From Massalongia carnosa (lineage: Eukaryota), in the NCBI GenBank assembly GCA_965645245.1, contig OZ287067.1, positions 3,658,001 through 3,722,000 on the forward strand: DNA of 64,000 nucleotides, given 5' to 3'. Positions 1 to 11,817 of this stretch are shown here, piece after piece. The translations under genes and the position numbers were made by a program. The notes under the pieces were generated by a model. That model saw only the letters and a list, made by a program, of their open reading frames with translations. It searched no databases and was not told the DNA's origin. The first letter of the stretch is position 1, and every line of letters starts with the position of its first letter.

Positions 1-2794
1 CTTTTGGGTAGCGGATATGGGAGACTCACTATCGGCCGACGCTTTTTTCGAAGAGATAGAGCATTACATGGGCATTCACCTCCAGAGCCGCGACGCCAAG
101 AAAGAGCTCCTCACCGTCACCATGAATGGGGGCGAAAGCGTCAGCGAGTACTATCGCCGAATCTTCAAGCTATGGCAGAAAGCCAAAACTCCCATTGACG
201 AGCGAATTGAGAAGTTCCTCGTGACGTTAAAGCCTAGCATCTCCAACTCTCTTATGTGTTCAGTCTTTACTGATTTCCGCCCTTTACTTGACGAAGCACG
301 AAGAATCGAAGACCGCCGCAAAGATGTGGCGCACCACTTTCCTCCTCCCGATAAACCAGCCGCAACGAAGAACTCCGGCCAACGAAGCAACTTCTCCGGC
401 GGACAATCCTCAAACCAGTCCTCCGGCGGAAAGTCCGCCTCATCCTCCATCAATCAAACCAGCTCCAAGAAATCTGATGATCGGCCGAATGCGAAGCTGA
501 TGCCAACGATAGTCAAACCGGCCGGTTAGGTAGGCACCTGGTATGATCCAGACCCAAACCCAAAGAAGCTGAAGGATGACGAGCGCGAGTCCCTCTCCCG
601 TCAACGCTGATGCTGGGCATGCAGGGGATCAGGATATCGAGGAAACGATATCAATTGTCCTCAATACAGGGACAAGAACTTGAGCACCATGGGGACAGTA
701 GAAACAGATTCGGGAGCGGAATCTGAGGCGGGAAAAGCCTAGTCCTTGATCGAAATCGCGATCAAGGGCGTACAAACAAGGAGGTTGTTAATGGGAACGG
801 TGACACTGAAACGAAAATGGTTAGGGTCTCTACTTGTGCTGTCCGCGATACTGAAAGGAAAATCGAGGGCAAGCATTCATTTTTTAAAACTAGCATAGCT
901 GGAATTAAAACCCGTTTACTTATCGATAATGGAAGTGAAGCTGAACTCGTTGACGAATCCTTTGTGCGTAAACACAAATTGAACACCTTCAAACTGGATA
1001 AGAAGTCGAAACTTACTTTGCGAAATGGAGAGGTAGTACAGCTCCTCTCGAAGGCCGCCTTGATCGACGTGAAAATCGGAGATCATGAAGAGCAAGTCTT
1101 ATGTTATTTGGCAAAACTAGAAGCGTATGCAGTCATTTTAGGGGATGGATGGCTGCAAACGCACAACCCAATGATCAGTTGGAAAGAGAACGATGAAGTT
1201 CAACTCGTCAGATTGTCTTGAAAAGGGATGTCTAACACGAGGGATAACTTGCACCGAATTCGCTGTGAGAAGCAAGGTTTAAGAATAGGATCGAGCCTAA
1301 GGAAGATATCGAAGTTCTTCCAGTCAACGCAAAAAACTTCTTTCGAAGGGCCAGAAAGAAGGATCACGATGGCTATCTATGGATTCCTCGAAAAACAAAG
1401 AAGGCCTTCTGCGCAACTACCACCGGAGCAGTGACATCAGGAGATTACGACAAGTTCATGAAGGGAAAACCGGAATACACCCGAGAGGAATTGTTGAAGA
1501 GAGTCCCAGCAGCTTATCACAGCGTAATAGATGTTTCATGAAGCTCAAGGCGGATGAACTGCCTGAACACCGGAAGGAGGATCATCAGATAAATCTCGAA
1601 GCGGGAAAAGAAGCTCCGTACGTAAGGAACTATAAACCCATGTCAGAACAAGAATTGGAAGCGGTTAAGAAATACATCGACGAGCATCTGGGAAAAGGCT
1701 TCATCCATCCAAGTTTGTCAAGCGCAGCAGCCCCCGTTCTTCTAGTTAGAAAACCAGGGGGTGGTTTAAGATTTTGCGTAGATTATAGAGCCTTAAACTC
1801 CATCACGATCAAGAACAGGTACCCAATACCGTTGATAAATGAAACTTTGGGAAAACTATCACAAGCCAAGAAGTTCACAAAACCGGATGTGATTACCGCT
1901 TTCAATCGTATGAGAATGAAGGAAGGCCACGAATGGCTCACGGCTTTCAATTCTAGATATGGTCGGTTCGAATATCTGGTAATGCCATTCGGTCTCTGCA
2001 ACGCTCCGGGAACCTTTCAGAGCTTCATCAACGATACAGTCAGAGAATACTTAGACGTCTTCTGCACTGCGTACTTGGACGATGTCCTAATTTATAGCGA
2101 AATGGAAGAAGAGCATTCCGAACAAGTGTTAAAAGTTCTAACTCGATTGAAGGAGAAAGGACTGCAAGTGGACATAGACAAATGCGAATTCTCTGTGACG
2201 GAAGTAAAGTATCTTGGATTGATAGTTACCACCGATGGAATAAAGATGGACTCGGAGAAAATCGAGGCGATTCTGAAATGGGAGACTCCAGGCTCCGTAA
2301 AAGACGTGCAAGCATTTTTAGGCTTTGCGAATTTTTATCGACGATTTATATCGAGATTTTCGCAACGGGCGAGATCGTTAACAGAATTAACAAAGGGCGA
2401 ACAAATAAGGACGAAATCAGGAAAGAAACGAACCAAGTATAATTCGTTTGTATGGTCTGAAGATTGTCAAAAGGCCTTCGAAGATTAAAAAATTGCGTTC
2501 ACCACCGCTCCCGTCTTAGCACATTACGATCCGGCCCTGGAAACATGGGTCGAGACTGACTCTTTAGATTTCGTCAGCGCCGGAGTACTCTCTCAAATGC
2601 ACGATGGGGTACTGAAACCGGTAGCCTATTTTTCCAAGAAGATGACCCCTGCCGATTGTAACTATATGATTTATGATAAGGAACTCCTCGCTATTGTAAA
2701 GAGCTTCGAAGTCTGGCGCCCCGAGGTTGCAAGTGCTGCTCCTGATAAACCTGTTAAAGTATACACTGATCACAAGAATTTAGAGCACTTCACA
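1..2794 (+). mobile_element. Ty3/Gypsy LTR retrotransposon internal fragment (Gypsy-A: gag, protease, RT, RNase H), 5' end outside window, truncated in RNase H
   Basis: Gag 17-742 with premature stops (TAG 527-529, TGA 608-610) and a degenerate CCHC knuckle; protease LLIDNGSE (817-1221); RT motifs LRFCVDYRALN, MPFGLCNAP, YLDD (1379-2488); RNase H DKELLAIV...TDHKNLEHF ends at ~2794; several frameshifts. Confidence 0.95.
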
Positions 2795-3134
2795 ATGATA
2801 ATCAGAAAAGCCAGCGAAACTACTCTCCGTGTCATTATCTATGGTGCTATTCGCTGTGGAGCTGTCATCCAAATCCTCGTTGTTATCATTGTCTCGGCAT
2901 CTCCCTTGAGGCGGAATTTCCTGATCACATCTGCGTCGATTGTGATCCGTACTTCTGCAGAAAGAATAGCGTTTCATGCAAAGATTTTTCTTCTTTTTCT
3001 CCCGCCTCTTCTTTTTGAGACGACCAGATTTTCGACGAATCAGAGGAGCAGGACAATCGGAGGAACAATGAAGATCTTCTATGCAAATAGGAGGCATAAA
3101 CGTCCCGTACGTGCCACGATACGTTTCCATCCTA
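2795..3134 (-). pseudogene. C-terminal fragment of a Mutator-like (MULE) transposase
   Basis: Y..FMPPI..EDL...GRLKKKRR...[14 protein letters not shown] parallels the C-terminal knuckle of the MULE at 23850-24040 (GRPKIRRE...CSICTSFKHNRRTC), followed by an acidic tail. Confidence 0.7.
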
Positions 3135-3188
3135 GAGATGACCCCCAAATGACCCCCAGGGAATATGGGGGGGTATTTGGGGGTCAAT
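3135..3188 (+). repeat. Self-palindromic putative MULE terminal repeat (GAGATGACCCCCAAAT...TATTTGGGGGTCAAT)
   Basis: Highly similar to 11418-11473, which lies upstream of the MULE ORF; internal hairpin arms TGACCCCCAAAT/ATTTGGGGGTCA. Confidence 0.65.
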
Positions 3189-4334
3189 TACCGTAACATA
3201 CACGTAATTTTGCTTCTGGCGCCGTCACGATGACCCCCAAGAACTGTAATTAATTGAACGGCAAATTACCTTAAGGACGGTTGGGGGTTTTCGGACATGG
3301 TAATGGAATGGTCTCAAGATCCCGGACATGTCTTCGCTAAAATGGGTACACCGGCAGGTTCCCGGTTTGAATGTTTTTTTGAGCGCTTTCCTGATTGAGA
3401 TGACTCAACATTGTCCTGCACGTGTAAGATAGCTTAAAATTCTGCTTGTGACTGATGAGAAATATCTGCGGATAATATAGAGTCTGAAATCATTTTGAAA
3501 ATATTATAGTCTTGAAAAGGATATATCTTAGTGAACATTCATATTGGTATGAACAGTGCTTGCAGTAAAAAAGCATCTGGCAATGATTTGGAGATTGTCT
3601 CAGTTTTGACAAGATCTCAAGACCTTCAAGATCGTGTTCCGGATAAAACGATCAGAAAACAATCTTATAAAAGAGATATCACGTTCATGCAACCTCGTTA
3701 CAGCTGAGTTGTATTCGGGTTCACATGATGTATTCGCCCAGTTGATGGTTAGAGAAACAAGTTATTGATTTAGTGACAGCTTCTAATCTACAGCTCTATG
3801 AATGCTATCATCCTCATGCCATGTTTCTCGTTCTCGTTGCTGTCTCGCACGATCTAGTCTTGAATCACTCCATCGAGTCCTTCCCGTACCTCCTCTCACA
3901 ACATGCATGAAACTAATGAAACAAGGCAGACAAGAGATGTGCCTTGAGGATCTGAAGAATAAGACTGTTAGCTTGAATTGCAATATGCACAGAGAACATA
4001 ACGTACCAAGTGCCTATGTAGAAGATAGGGTAGCCTAACGCAACAAATAAATTAGTCTCGGTCCTTTCATACAAGTTTGAATGCGAGAGATCAATCACCA
4101 AATTTATGATGGAGAGTGTCAGCAAAACTCAGCTGTTCTGACCTGACAAACCCTTCTCGCCTGAGGAGATTCCAGAGGAGACTTCTAAGACTGCCTTCTC
4201 GGGGGCGTCCTTCTCGGAGGCGTCCTTCTCGGAAACGGCCTTCTCCAATAAAGCCTGCTTTGGCATGACTCTAGGTTCTCTATCGTCTGTTAGCTGTAGT
4301 TGCATCATCATCGTCAGCAGAATGGGAATAACTC

Positions 4335-7300
4335 TTACAAAACTCCAGCAGCATTGAGTATGCTCAAACATTGCTTGACATGTTGTTCCTCCACCCTTAA
4401 TTTAGCTTTGATGGCATTCGACACTTTGCTTGGTAATTTATCGTAAGTGCCCTGAGGACTAATCCTCATATATTGCTGATCTTGACCGAACCGAGCATGA
4501 AAGAGCAGCCTCAACGCTCGATCAAGTACTTCGATGTCGTCCAATTCCTCGACAGTGTAGACTCTTGTCGGTGACAAGCTCAACAAGTATCGTAAGTTCA
4601 TTTCATCTTGATTGTATTGCTCCTGCTCGATGGAAGTTAGTTTGCTGTAATTTTGTCTCAACTTCTTGGTCGTTGTCATCTCCAAAACAGTATCTTTCAA
4701 GGCAGTTATCTCATCTCCGTCTCCATCACTTCAAAAAGCATCATCACTATCATCCGATATCACCTCGGATTCCTCGTCATCGTTCTCCTCTTCGTTCTCA
4801 CTGTCCTTAAATGACGAGTCTTCCTCAAATTGATCTGAAAATTCTTCGTCCACATCTTCATTCATGGATGCTTTGCCCTTCAACTTACGGCGTTTACCTT
4901 GACCATACTCTTGATAAACATCATCTTGCAGCATTGTATCCGCGAATATGTCAGGTCTCAGACGTTTTCGGGGTGTAGGATTCGTGACTGTATCGAGATC
5001 AAGATCCAATGGATCTTGCACCGTGATAGCTAATCTACCGCCGGTCTCCTCGTCAAACTCGACATTCATCGAGTTATTTGAATCCTCTGTGGGAAGAAAT
5101 TCTTTTCCTTCAGAATCTCGTGTCCTCTCTGACTCTCGTGTGCCTCTTTTACGTATTTGTTTGACTCATTTAACAAGTCAACTAGTAGGTTCTGCACCTC
5201 TGACGAGAAGGATCGAGTGGCTAAGTCCACCACGGCCTTGTCTGTTTGCTTTGAGTCTCGATATTGATCATGAGAATTCTTTATTACAACTCGAACAACC
5301 AACACGGGTTCGGTTTGAGAAATCTGCATGAAAATGCAACGATTAGACTTTCGTATCGGTACGAAGAAAGGTCACGCTCTTTTCAGATAACATACCCGGA
5401 TTATTCGAGATCAAGCTTGAATTTCTGACGGTGCATTGATTGCTGGCGTTGGCACTAAAACCCGACAACAACATCTATCCAGATTTACTCCTTGTGCCGA
5501 CACCTGATACATTATTATCAAAATCAGTAAAGAATCTTTAGGATCGCTGAATCTTTTAACAAGATTCACGCGCTCTAAATCCGTCAATCCAGCGTGTAAC
5601 ACTTCGGTCTCCACGTATGTAAAATTACACACGCTATCCCAGAAAAAGGCGTTGAGTGGTACATCTTCTGTAATCAATAGCTTCCGTGGCTTGTCCGTAA
5701 CGATATGAGGTAATACATAAGTATGAATTTGATATAGTATGGACTTCATGGTAGGAGAACCGTAGGTCAGAAATTTGAGTTTTTCCGAACCAGTAGTAAC
5801 ATCAGAGTCTCCTTCTCGTTTCACAAGATTAATGATATGATGAGCAGTCACGCCTTTTGCTCGAAATCGGTTGATATCGTTGACCAAGGTGTTATGGCCT
5901 ATTTTTCGAAGCATGCGGTCGAGTCTACTGAGAAGAAGGGAGGCACTGGCGAGAGTTAAATGTCGTAATGGTGCTATGATGTGTGGAAATTATCGGCTCC
6001 AGCTTTCTTGATAGCTGTAATTTGTGGCTTCTCCGTCTTCTTGCCCTTCCAATCTTTTATGGCTTGAACAAATTCCCTGCATCCATAAATTAGCTTTTAT
6101 CTGCTTCTCAGATTCATATCGATATGAAGAATAAGCTAACCGAGCGTGAGCTCTATGTACCCATTGGGACTCCTCTGCTTCTTCTTCTTGATAAGTGAGC
6201 TCAACGGTTCTAACTTCGTGGCTTGGGATCATGGAGCGCATAGAAACAGTTTCATAATCATTGATCTTCAGGATGGAGGCAGTGGAGCGGCGAATCATTA
6301 TCAGCTCGTCCATGTAGTGATAATGTTTTGCAATAAGCTGCACATCTTGAGGGAGCAACAAAGCTTCGATTCTGTATGACAGTTAATAAATGATGAAAAA
6401 GAGGTCGAGATTCGATTGTGCATGCCTCTTAGGATCCATGACGATACGTCGTTTAGAGTCCGTTTCGGACAACGACTGAATCGCTTCAAGCTATGATAGG
6501 ACTCCGCCGCGTGCTGCATCAGCCATTCGAAGTCGGATTCATCAATATGTCTTGTTTTACCCATGGCCATAAGATTAATAAAGGTCCGAGTATGTCCTAA
6601 CAGACTCGTTAGAGATCATCAGCCCTTTTCATATCAATATGAAAACATTACCAATTAATCGTTGATGACGGGTGTAGCGGTCAAAAACCAGTGTACCTCA
6701 GCCTCGAGCTGCTTGATACTGGCAAAGATCTTGGTGCCAGGATGTCGCAATTTGTGGCCCTCATCTAAAAGAACTGGTCCAAATACTCCTGTCCATTTAG
6801 AATTAAAGGTTTTCTTTTCTCTTCCACTTTTGCTCAATTTCGTATGTACAGAAAGAGTTCTGCTCGCAAAAGTATCGTAAGATGAAAGTATTACGACCTG
6901 TGAAGCGGTTGGATTGCTTTGATCAAAAATATACCGCAAATGCGGAGGCGAATTCGTCAGCTTTCTGGGAGCTTCACGTATTGCTGTTGCTGAAACCCAA
7001 TTGATAGCAAATTTAGCGTTAATGGGTCTGTCTCCATGTGCGATTATTAGTGTAATGGTTGAGAACTGTATAATTTCTTCTTGCCATTGATGCAAGACAA
7101 TTCCACTCGGAGCAATGCAGAGTGCCGGTCGATGCGCAGCTATGATGTTCACGTCTCTCTCTGTCATGCATCGCGCGTAATACGCCAGAAAAAATAATGC
7201 TGTATAGGTTTTTCCAAACCCCATTGTGTCAACAACTATTCCACTAAATGTTTGAATACTCTCTAGTTTTTTTGCTGCCTTGGCCAGTTCGGGATCATTG

Positions 7301-8160
7301 ACGCGTCCCGAGTCGATAGGTATTCTCCCACATGATCGCTGTAGCATGAAATCTGCTCCATTTATCTGACTGTCAAGAAAGGAGACTTTGCAGTCTCCGA
7401 TGAGGGTACAAACACTTCTGTCAAGCAACTGTGCTTGACCGTGCTTCGAAATGAACTTCATGCCGAGTATTATCTTGCAGATAGCAATAGGTGGACCGGT
7501 CTGTGATGCGCTGCCTGTAAAGGCGTTTTGAATGTCGAAATATCGGTTGAGATCATGAACGGAATCGGGCTTTTCAAGACATGTTAGAGACAACTTCAAA
7601 CTGATATGAGATTGAATAAATACCTCAGCTGAGAGAAGCGCGGTCTCGCTATCAGTTTGAGCTTGTTGTAGCTCTTCTCGCACCTTTTATTAAGCTTCAA
7701 GATACTATTATCCTTTAAAGCCTTCGGCATCTGACCGCAGACTTTGTCCAGTACATGATGTTGCCAGCGTAGCAGACCTTCTTCGGTAAAAACATCAAAG
7801 TTTTCATGATATAGAAGCATTTCCGAGCGTTGCGTTGAGTCAAAATATGACTGCGGAATGGATTTTTTTTCGAGCAATCGTGGATCCATCAGACAAAAAT
7901 TGCCGCAGTTTATTGTGCAAAGACGGCGAATAGGATCCTTCCATTAAGCTAGGGTCCATGTTTTCCGTGTCATTTTGCATTGGCATACTGTCCTCGAGCG
8001 CTTGTGAAGTTTGTGACATCTTCTCGAAAGCTTCATCAATAGATCGAGTGCTCACTGGATCGATCACAGATCTCACAGCTACATCGTTGTCTTCCGTCAC
8101 CTGAATGTCTTTCAGAATTTCCAAGAGTGGTCCGTCATGCTCATAGATTCTACTTATCAA
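4335..8160 (-). pseudogene. SNF2/SWI2-family SF2 helicase-like ATPase, fragmented by frameshifts, stops and probable introns
   Basis: Walker A DTMGFGKT, LCIAPSGIVLHQWQEEI, DEGH box, FLTATPVIN (6655-7683); helicase-C motifs ER..LV.RF and SAQGVNL (5411-5914); flanking co-directional fragments 7596-8160 and 4335-5329 assigned by position only. Confidence 0.85.
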
Positions 8161-8248
8161 AGGACGAACCCTGACAAGAGTTTGACCTAGGGTCAGAGAT
8201 CGCGATCTTTGATCACGTCCAAAAAATATGACCTGTCCGCAGTGACCA

Positions 8249-9310
8249 TCATGAATAATCCATATTTATCATTGCCACAGCGATACTGCACAATGTCAGA
8301 GGGAAAATAGGGGATGAATCGGGAAATCTCGCAAAATCAGTGGAACATGTGCGAATAGAAGAACCCCAACTGTTTGAGTGCCAGTATTCCGAAGGACTAT
8401 CAACGATCTCTGCCATACCGATATGAATGTTTCGTTGAGTCGTGGCTGAAAGTAAGATACTGATGACAGTTCGAGTATCAAAGTAATAGACGTTCGCTTG
8501 AGCCGGTCTTGGTGTTCCGGTGGGTTGTTTTTCTCGTCGTACTGATATCGCTGCCTTCTGAATGGATGGAAGGGGAAGGCGCTTACGGCACCAGGAGTGC
8601 AAAGTTGATAGTCGCTTTGGCAAATTTCGCACTTCATGAATGTCTAACAGTTGCAAAACTTCGAGCAGGCCATCATAGGTGCGTCGCTTGATGCCTTCTT
8701 TATCACACCAGAGACCAAGAGCCAAGCAGAAATCCGATATTTCTCCTCGTACTGGGCGGGAGGGCACCCGGATATCATCATCAATCGTGCTTTCAGAAGC
8801 AGAAGGGGCAAACTCGTTGAAAGATTCAGCGGTGTCTGTGCTTTCTATATCAAATTCCGCGAGTTGATTGGATGATAATGTCATGATAGCATTTGAAGAT
8901 ATTAAGCCGACAGCAAAGGCCGATGTATCAGGGATTGAAGTAGGTCGAGTATTAACCTTTTGAAACTCTTCATCAGTTTCCCGCTCATAATCACTATTTT
9001 GATCGAATGCCGTCTCTATATCGGCTGGGAAATTGTCTTGAACGTGTTGTTCAGGAATTTTATTAGACGATGATTGAATTTTATCGAGATTCTCTATGGT
9101 TCTCTTCTTATGCGTCATTGCTATTGGTTCTGAGCTCTGAGTCTGCTTTTGCTCCTCGTGAATATGTGCAGAATTGTGTTGATATGAAGAACCGGCTTGC
9201 ATAGACTCATGATCGGGGAAGTCTATCGGTTGACTTTTGAAAGGCTGTGGGTTGGCCTGTGGGACACTGCTTTGAACAGTGGATGCTGAAACAATCAATG
9301 CCTTTTCCAC
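8249..9310 (-). pseudogene. N-terminal part of a putative (CMC/EnSpm- or Plavaka-like) fungal transposase, truncated before any catalytic core
   Basis: Motif string FCLALGLWC..GI.R..Y..LLEVL..LP..L.TL..LPL..YYFD..HIGMAEIVD.PSEYWHS..W.SSIRT..PIFP resembles, from memory, a fungal transposase-like family; lies inside TIRs; superfamily assignment is inference. Confidence 0.45.
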
Positions 9311-10224
9311 AAGAGGAGGACCCTGGAAACTTAAGGCGGTTTATTCAGACTGATATGAAGAAGGCTTACTGCTGAGATGATTGAAGTAGTGTCAATGGTT
9401 TAGGCTTTCTTCTCTTCCTCAAAACATGACCTTCATCGATCATCATATTCTCCGTCACATCATCCTGAAATACATGACGAGGCATCGTGTCTTATGACTG
9501 AGTTCAATTCTGTGCGCAGGTGAGGTATTCTCATGAAGAACTGCTGGTGCGTTGATATTTTAGTTCTTAGGGCTTTAGCACACTGTTTCAGAACATTACC
9601 ATTCTTCAGGCTTTCTTCCGATTGCACTATCGTTCATGCTGATATCACAAATACAATCATGAAATCTCATCCTCAAATGAAGAAGTCCTTGAACCTATGA
9701 CACAATCCGAGATAGAATCAGGGCCAATAGCGGCAGAAATATCAACAAAAAAGAGGCGGAGAAGACACGTCATTACGTCAGAATGGAAAATAATAGCGAT
9801 GCGGTAATCCGCGGGCTCCATCGTGTCAGCTGAACATATATAATTTCTATCTATGTTTGGGCAACTCTCCCCTCGCTGCTGCCCTGCTGGCGCTCAGTTT
9901 TGCTGAGGGCCCCTCCTATAATGGCTTTGTTTTGGCAGCAGTGAGGGGAAAAACTCCATCTACCTATGCGGCTGACTTAGGGAGTGGGTGGGTGGGCAAA
10001 AGACCTTTTGGTGCTGAACTCCGAATCAATGGTGATGATGAGGAGAAGAGTGCCAAAAGGCCATCTATTTATGCCCTTTCTTTCCCCTCCTTGTCCAACT
10101 ATTTGGACATCATCCTCCTTCGGCCTTCGTTGGCTATCCACGGCCTGCCTCCACTCGGTCCCGTCATTACCTTTCGCCCTAGCCGAATTACTATTGGAGG
10201 CTGCTTTGCGGCCATTTGCGCTTC

Positions 10225-10965
10225 GTTATGGCAAGTTGGACGCAGATCAGATAGCGCATATCGCACGTACTGCAATTAAGGAAAATGTGGATGACGAAGA
10301 TATATATTTCAGGAAAGGACTCACCAAAGCGCAGTCCAACGTTCAACGTGGAAACATCGCTCTCTGACCTGTATGGAAGTATGTAGCTTGCTATTAGCGT
10401 TTATACTCGACTTCTGAATTTTGTTAGGACTATGTGAAGTCTGCGATGAGGAGAGACAACCTAGGGCTGCTGCAATCCGAGCATGACTCGAGCAGATTAT
10501 TCAAAGCTTTTGCACAGAAATACGATCCTCACGATGCTGAAACTGTTTTTCCATGGGCTGCAAAAGATTTGATGTTTCATGAGTCTTCAAAAAAGGGCGT
10601 AATGCCTCGAGGACCCTATTGGATTAAAGGTACGTGACAAGGCATGGGAGAACTGATGATATTAACATACTGATATGAAACAAGTGTTTTTTCTTAATTT
10701 AGCGGTGAAGACCAAGTTGTTCTTGGATGCCCCCAGAGCAGAAGGGACAGATCGAACCTCCCTGCTAGAGTTCTATGATACGTTTCCCCAAATGGCGAAA
10801 TACCAAAACATCAAGCCACACCATTTCAAATTGAAACCAGCTCGGACAAAATGTCTGAGAAAGGAATCATCAGACAAACCAGAGACGAAGGAATTTGGTA
10901 CCATCATGGATGAGACGGAGGTCACCGAGGCCGAGAACGAAGACGAGGATCAGTTTAGCTCGTGA
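10225..10965 (+). CDS. Intron-containing ORF remnant of unknown function, divergent from the helicase/transposase; start uncertain
   Basis: Consecutive + ORF pieces separated by GTATGG..TTAG (~10371-10427) and GTACGT..AG (from ~10630) intron-like segments; acidic C-terminus. Confidence 0.45.
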
Positions 10966-11817
10966 ACGCTTTGCTTTTTTTGTACTGGTATGAAGAAAAG
11001 ATGTTTTGCTTGAAGTTGTTGGTGCAATCCTATTTAGCTTCTCATAGCTTGACCGAAGAAAATGTTTTGCTTGCACTTGGCTCTAACACAAACTGAAACT
11101 TGAAATCTTGTCAACCAAGTATCACACTGTTTCAAAGCACTCCTGATTCAAAAGAATCTTGAGCTAATCTGATGAAATTCTTCAAACGAAGATCGTCCTG
11201 AGATGATGTTGTTAGAAACATGCATTCCACGTCATAAGATATCTTACATATAACAAAGTCACGAGATTGTCTTGAAAACAAAATATCTGAACACTATTTG
11301 CTTCTTGACTGACGTAATCACTATATAGATAGACTAAGACAAGAACGTTCTAGTGGATTATATCTTGAGACCATCTCAAGACCATGTCCGAATACCCCCA
11401 ACCGCCCTTAAGGTACTGAGATGACCCCCAAATAACCCCCCCATCTTGCCTGGGGGTTATTTGGGGGTCAATCATAGGTAAAGTGACTGAACCTACCAAT
11501 TACAGCTCTATAACTTTCTGCTTTAAGTGCTATAGGCCAATGAAACTCCATAGAATGCTTAAACAAGGCATTTGGACTACGTGGCACTCGGGCTATCTAG
11601 CATTAACTCGGGACTTATTTGTGCATACCTTCGTCCATCATTTCTGCATACTTATGTCTCGTTCAATCTCACTATGGCCGAATCAACAATGTCGCTTTAT
11701 GTCGGTCAAGAGTGGGACGATAAATATGAGACAAGACAGGCGATCACTAATTGGCTTGCAAGCAAGGGCGAGTCATGGCGTGTTGAGAAGGCCGAGAAGA
11801 ATAGATATCTAGTTAAG

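Larger units (their letters stand above)
3275..11407 (-). mobile_element. 8.1-kb TIR DNA transposon carrying a SNF2-family helicase and a truncated putative transposase
   Basis: 46-bp TIRs (3275-3320 and 11362-11407, 40/46 identical) flanked by TTAA (3271-3274, 11408-11411); alternative reading is TIRs starting CCTTAAGG with a TA TSD; TCTCAAGA/TCTTGA motifs recur near both ends. Confidence 0.85.

Noticed and set aside
2597..3196. 199-aa ORF as a real gene
   Set aside because: Chimera of RNase H and antisense MULE sequence across a junction
3450..3465. CTGATGAG..GAAA hammerhead-like core
   Set aside because: No room for stem II and no flanking helices seen
5411..7683. Host SNF2 gene
   Set aside because: Fragmented, divergent, enclosed by TIRs and surrounded only by TEs; capture from the host cannot be fully excluded
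3275..11407. Starship, piggyBac or Helitron identity for the helicase element
   Set aside because: No tyrosine-recombinase captain seen; ends are GG..CC rather than piggyBac CCC..GGG and no piggyBac transposase lies inside; the helicase is SNF2 not PIF1, and TIRs are present
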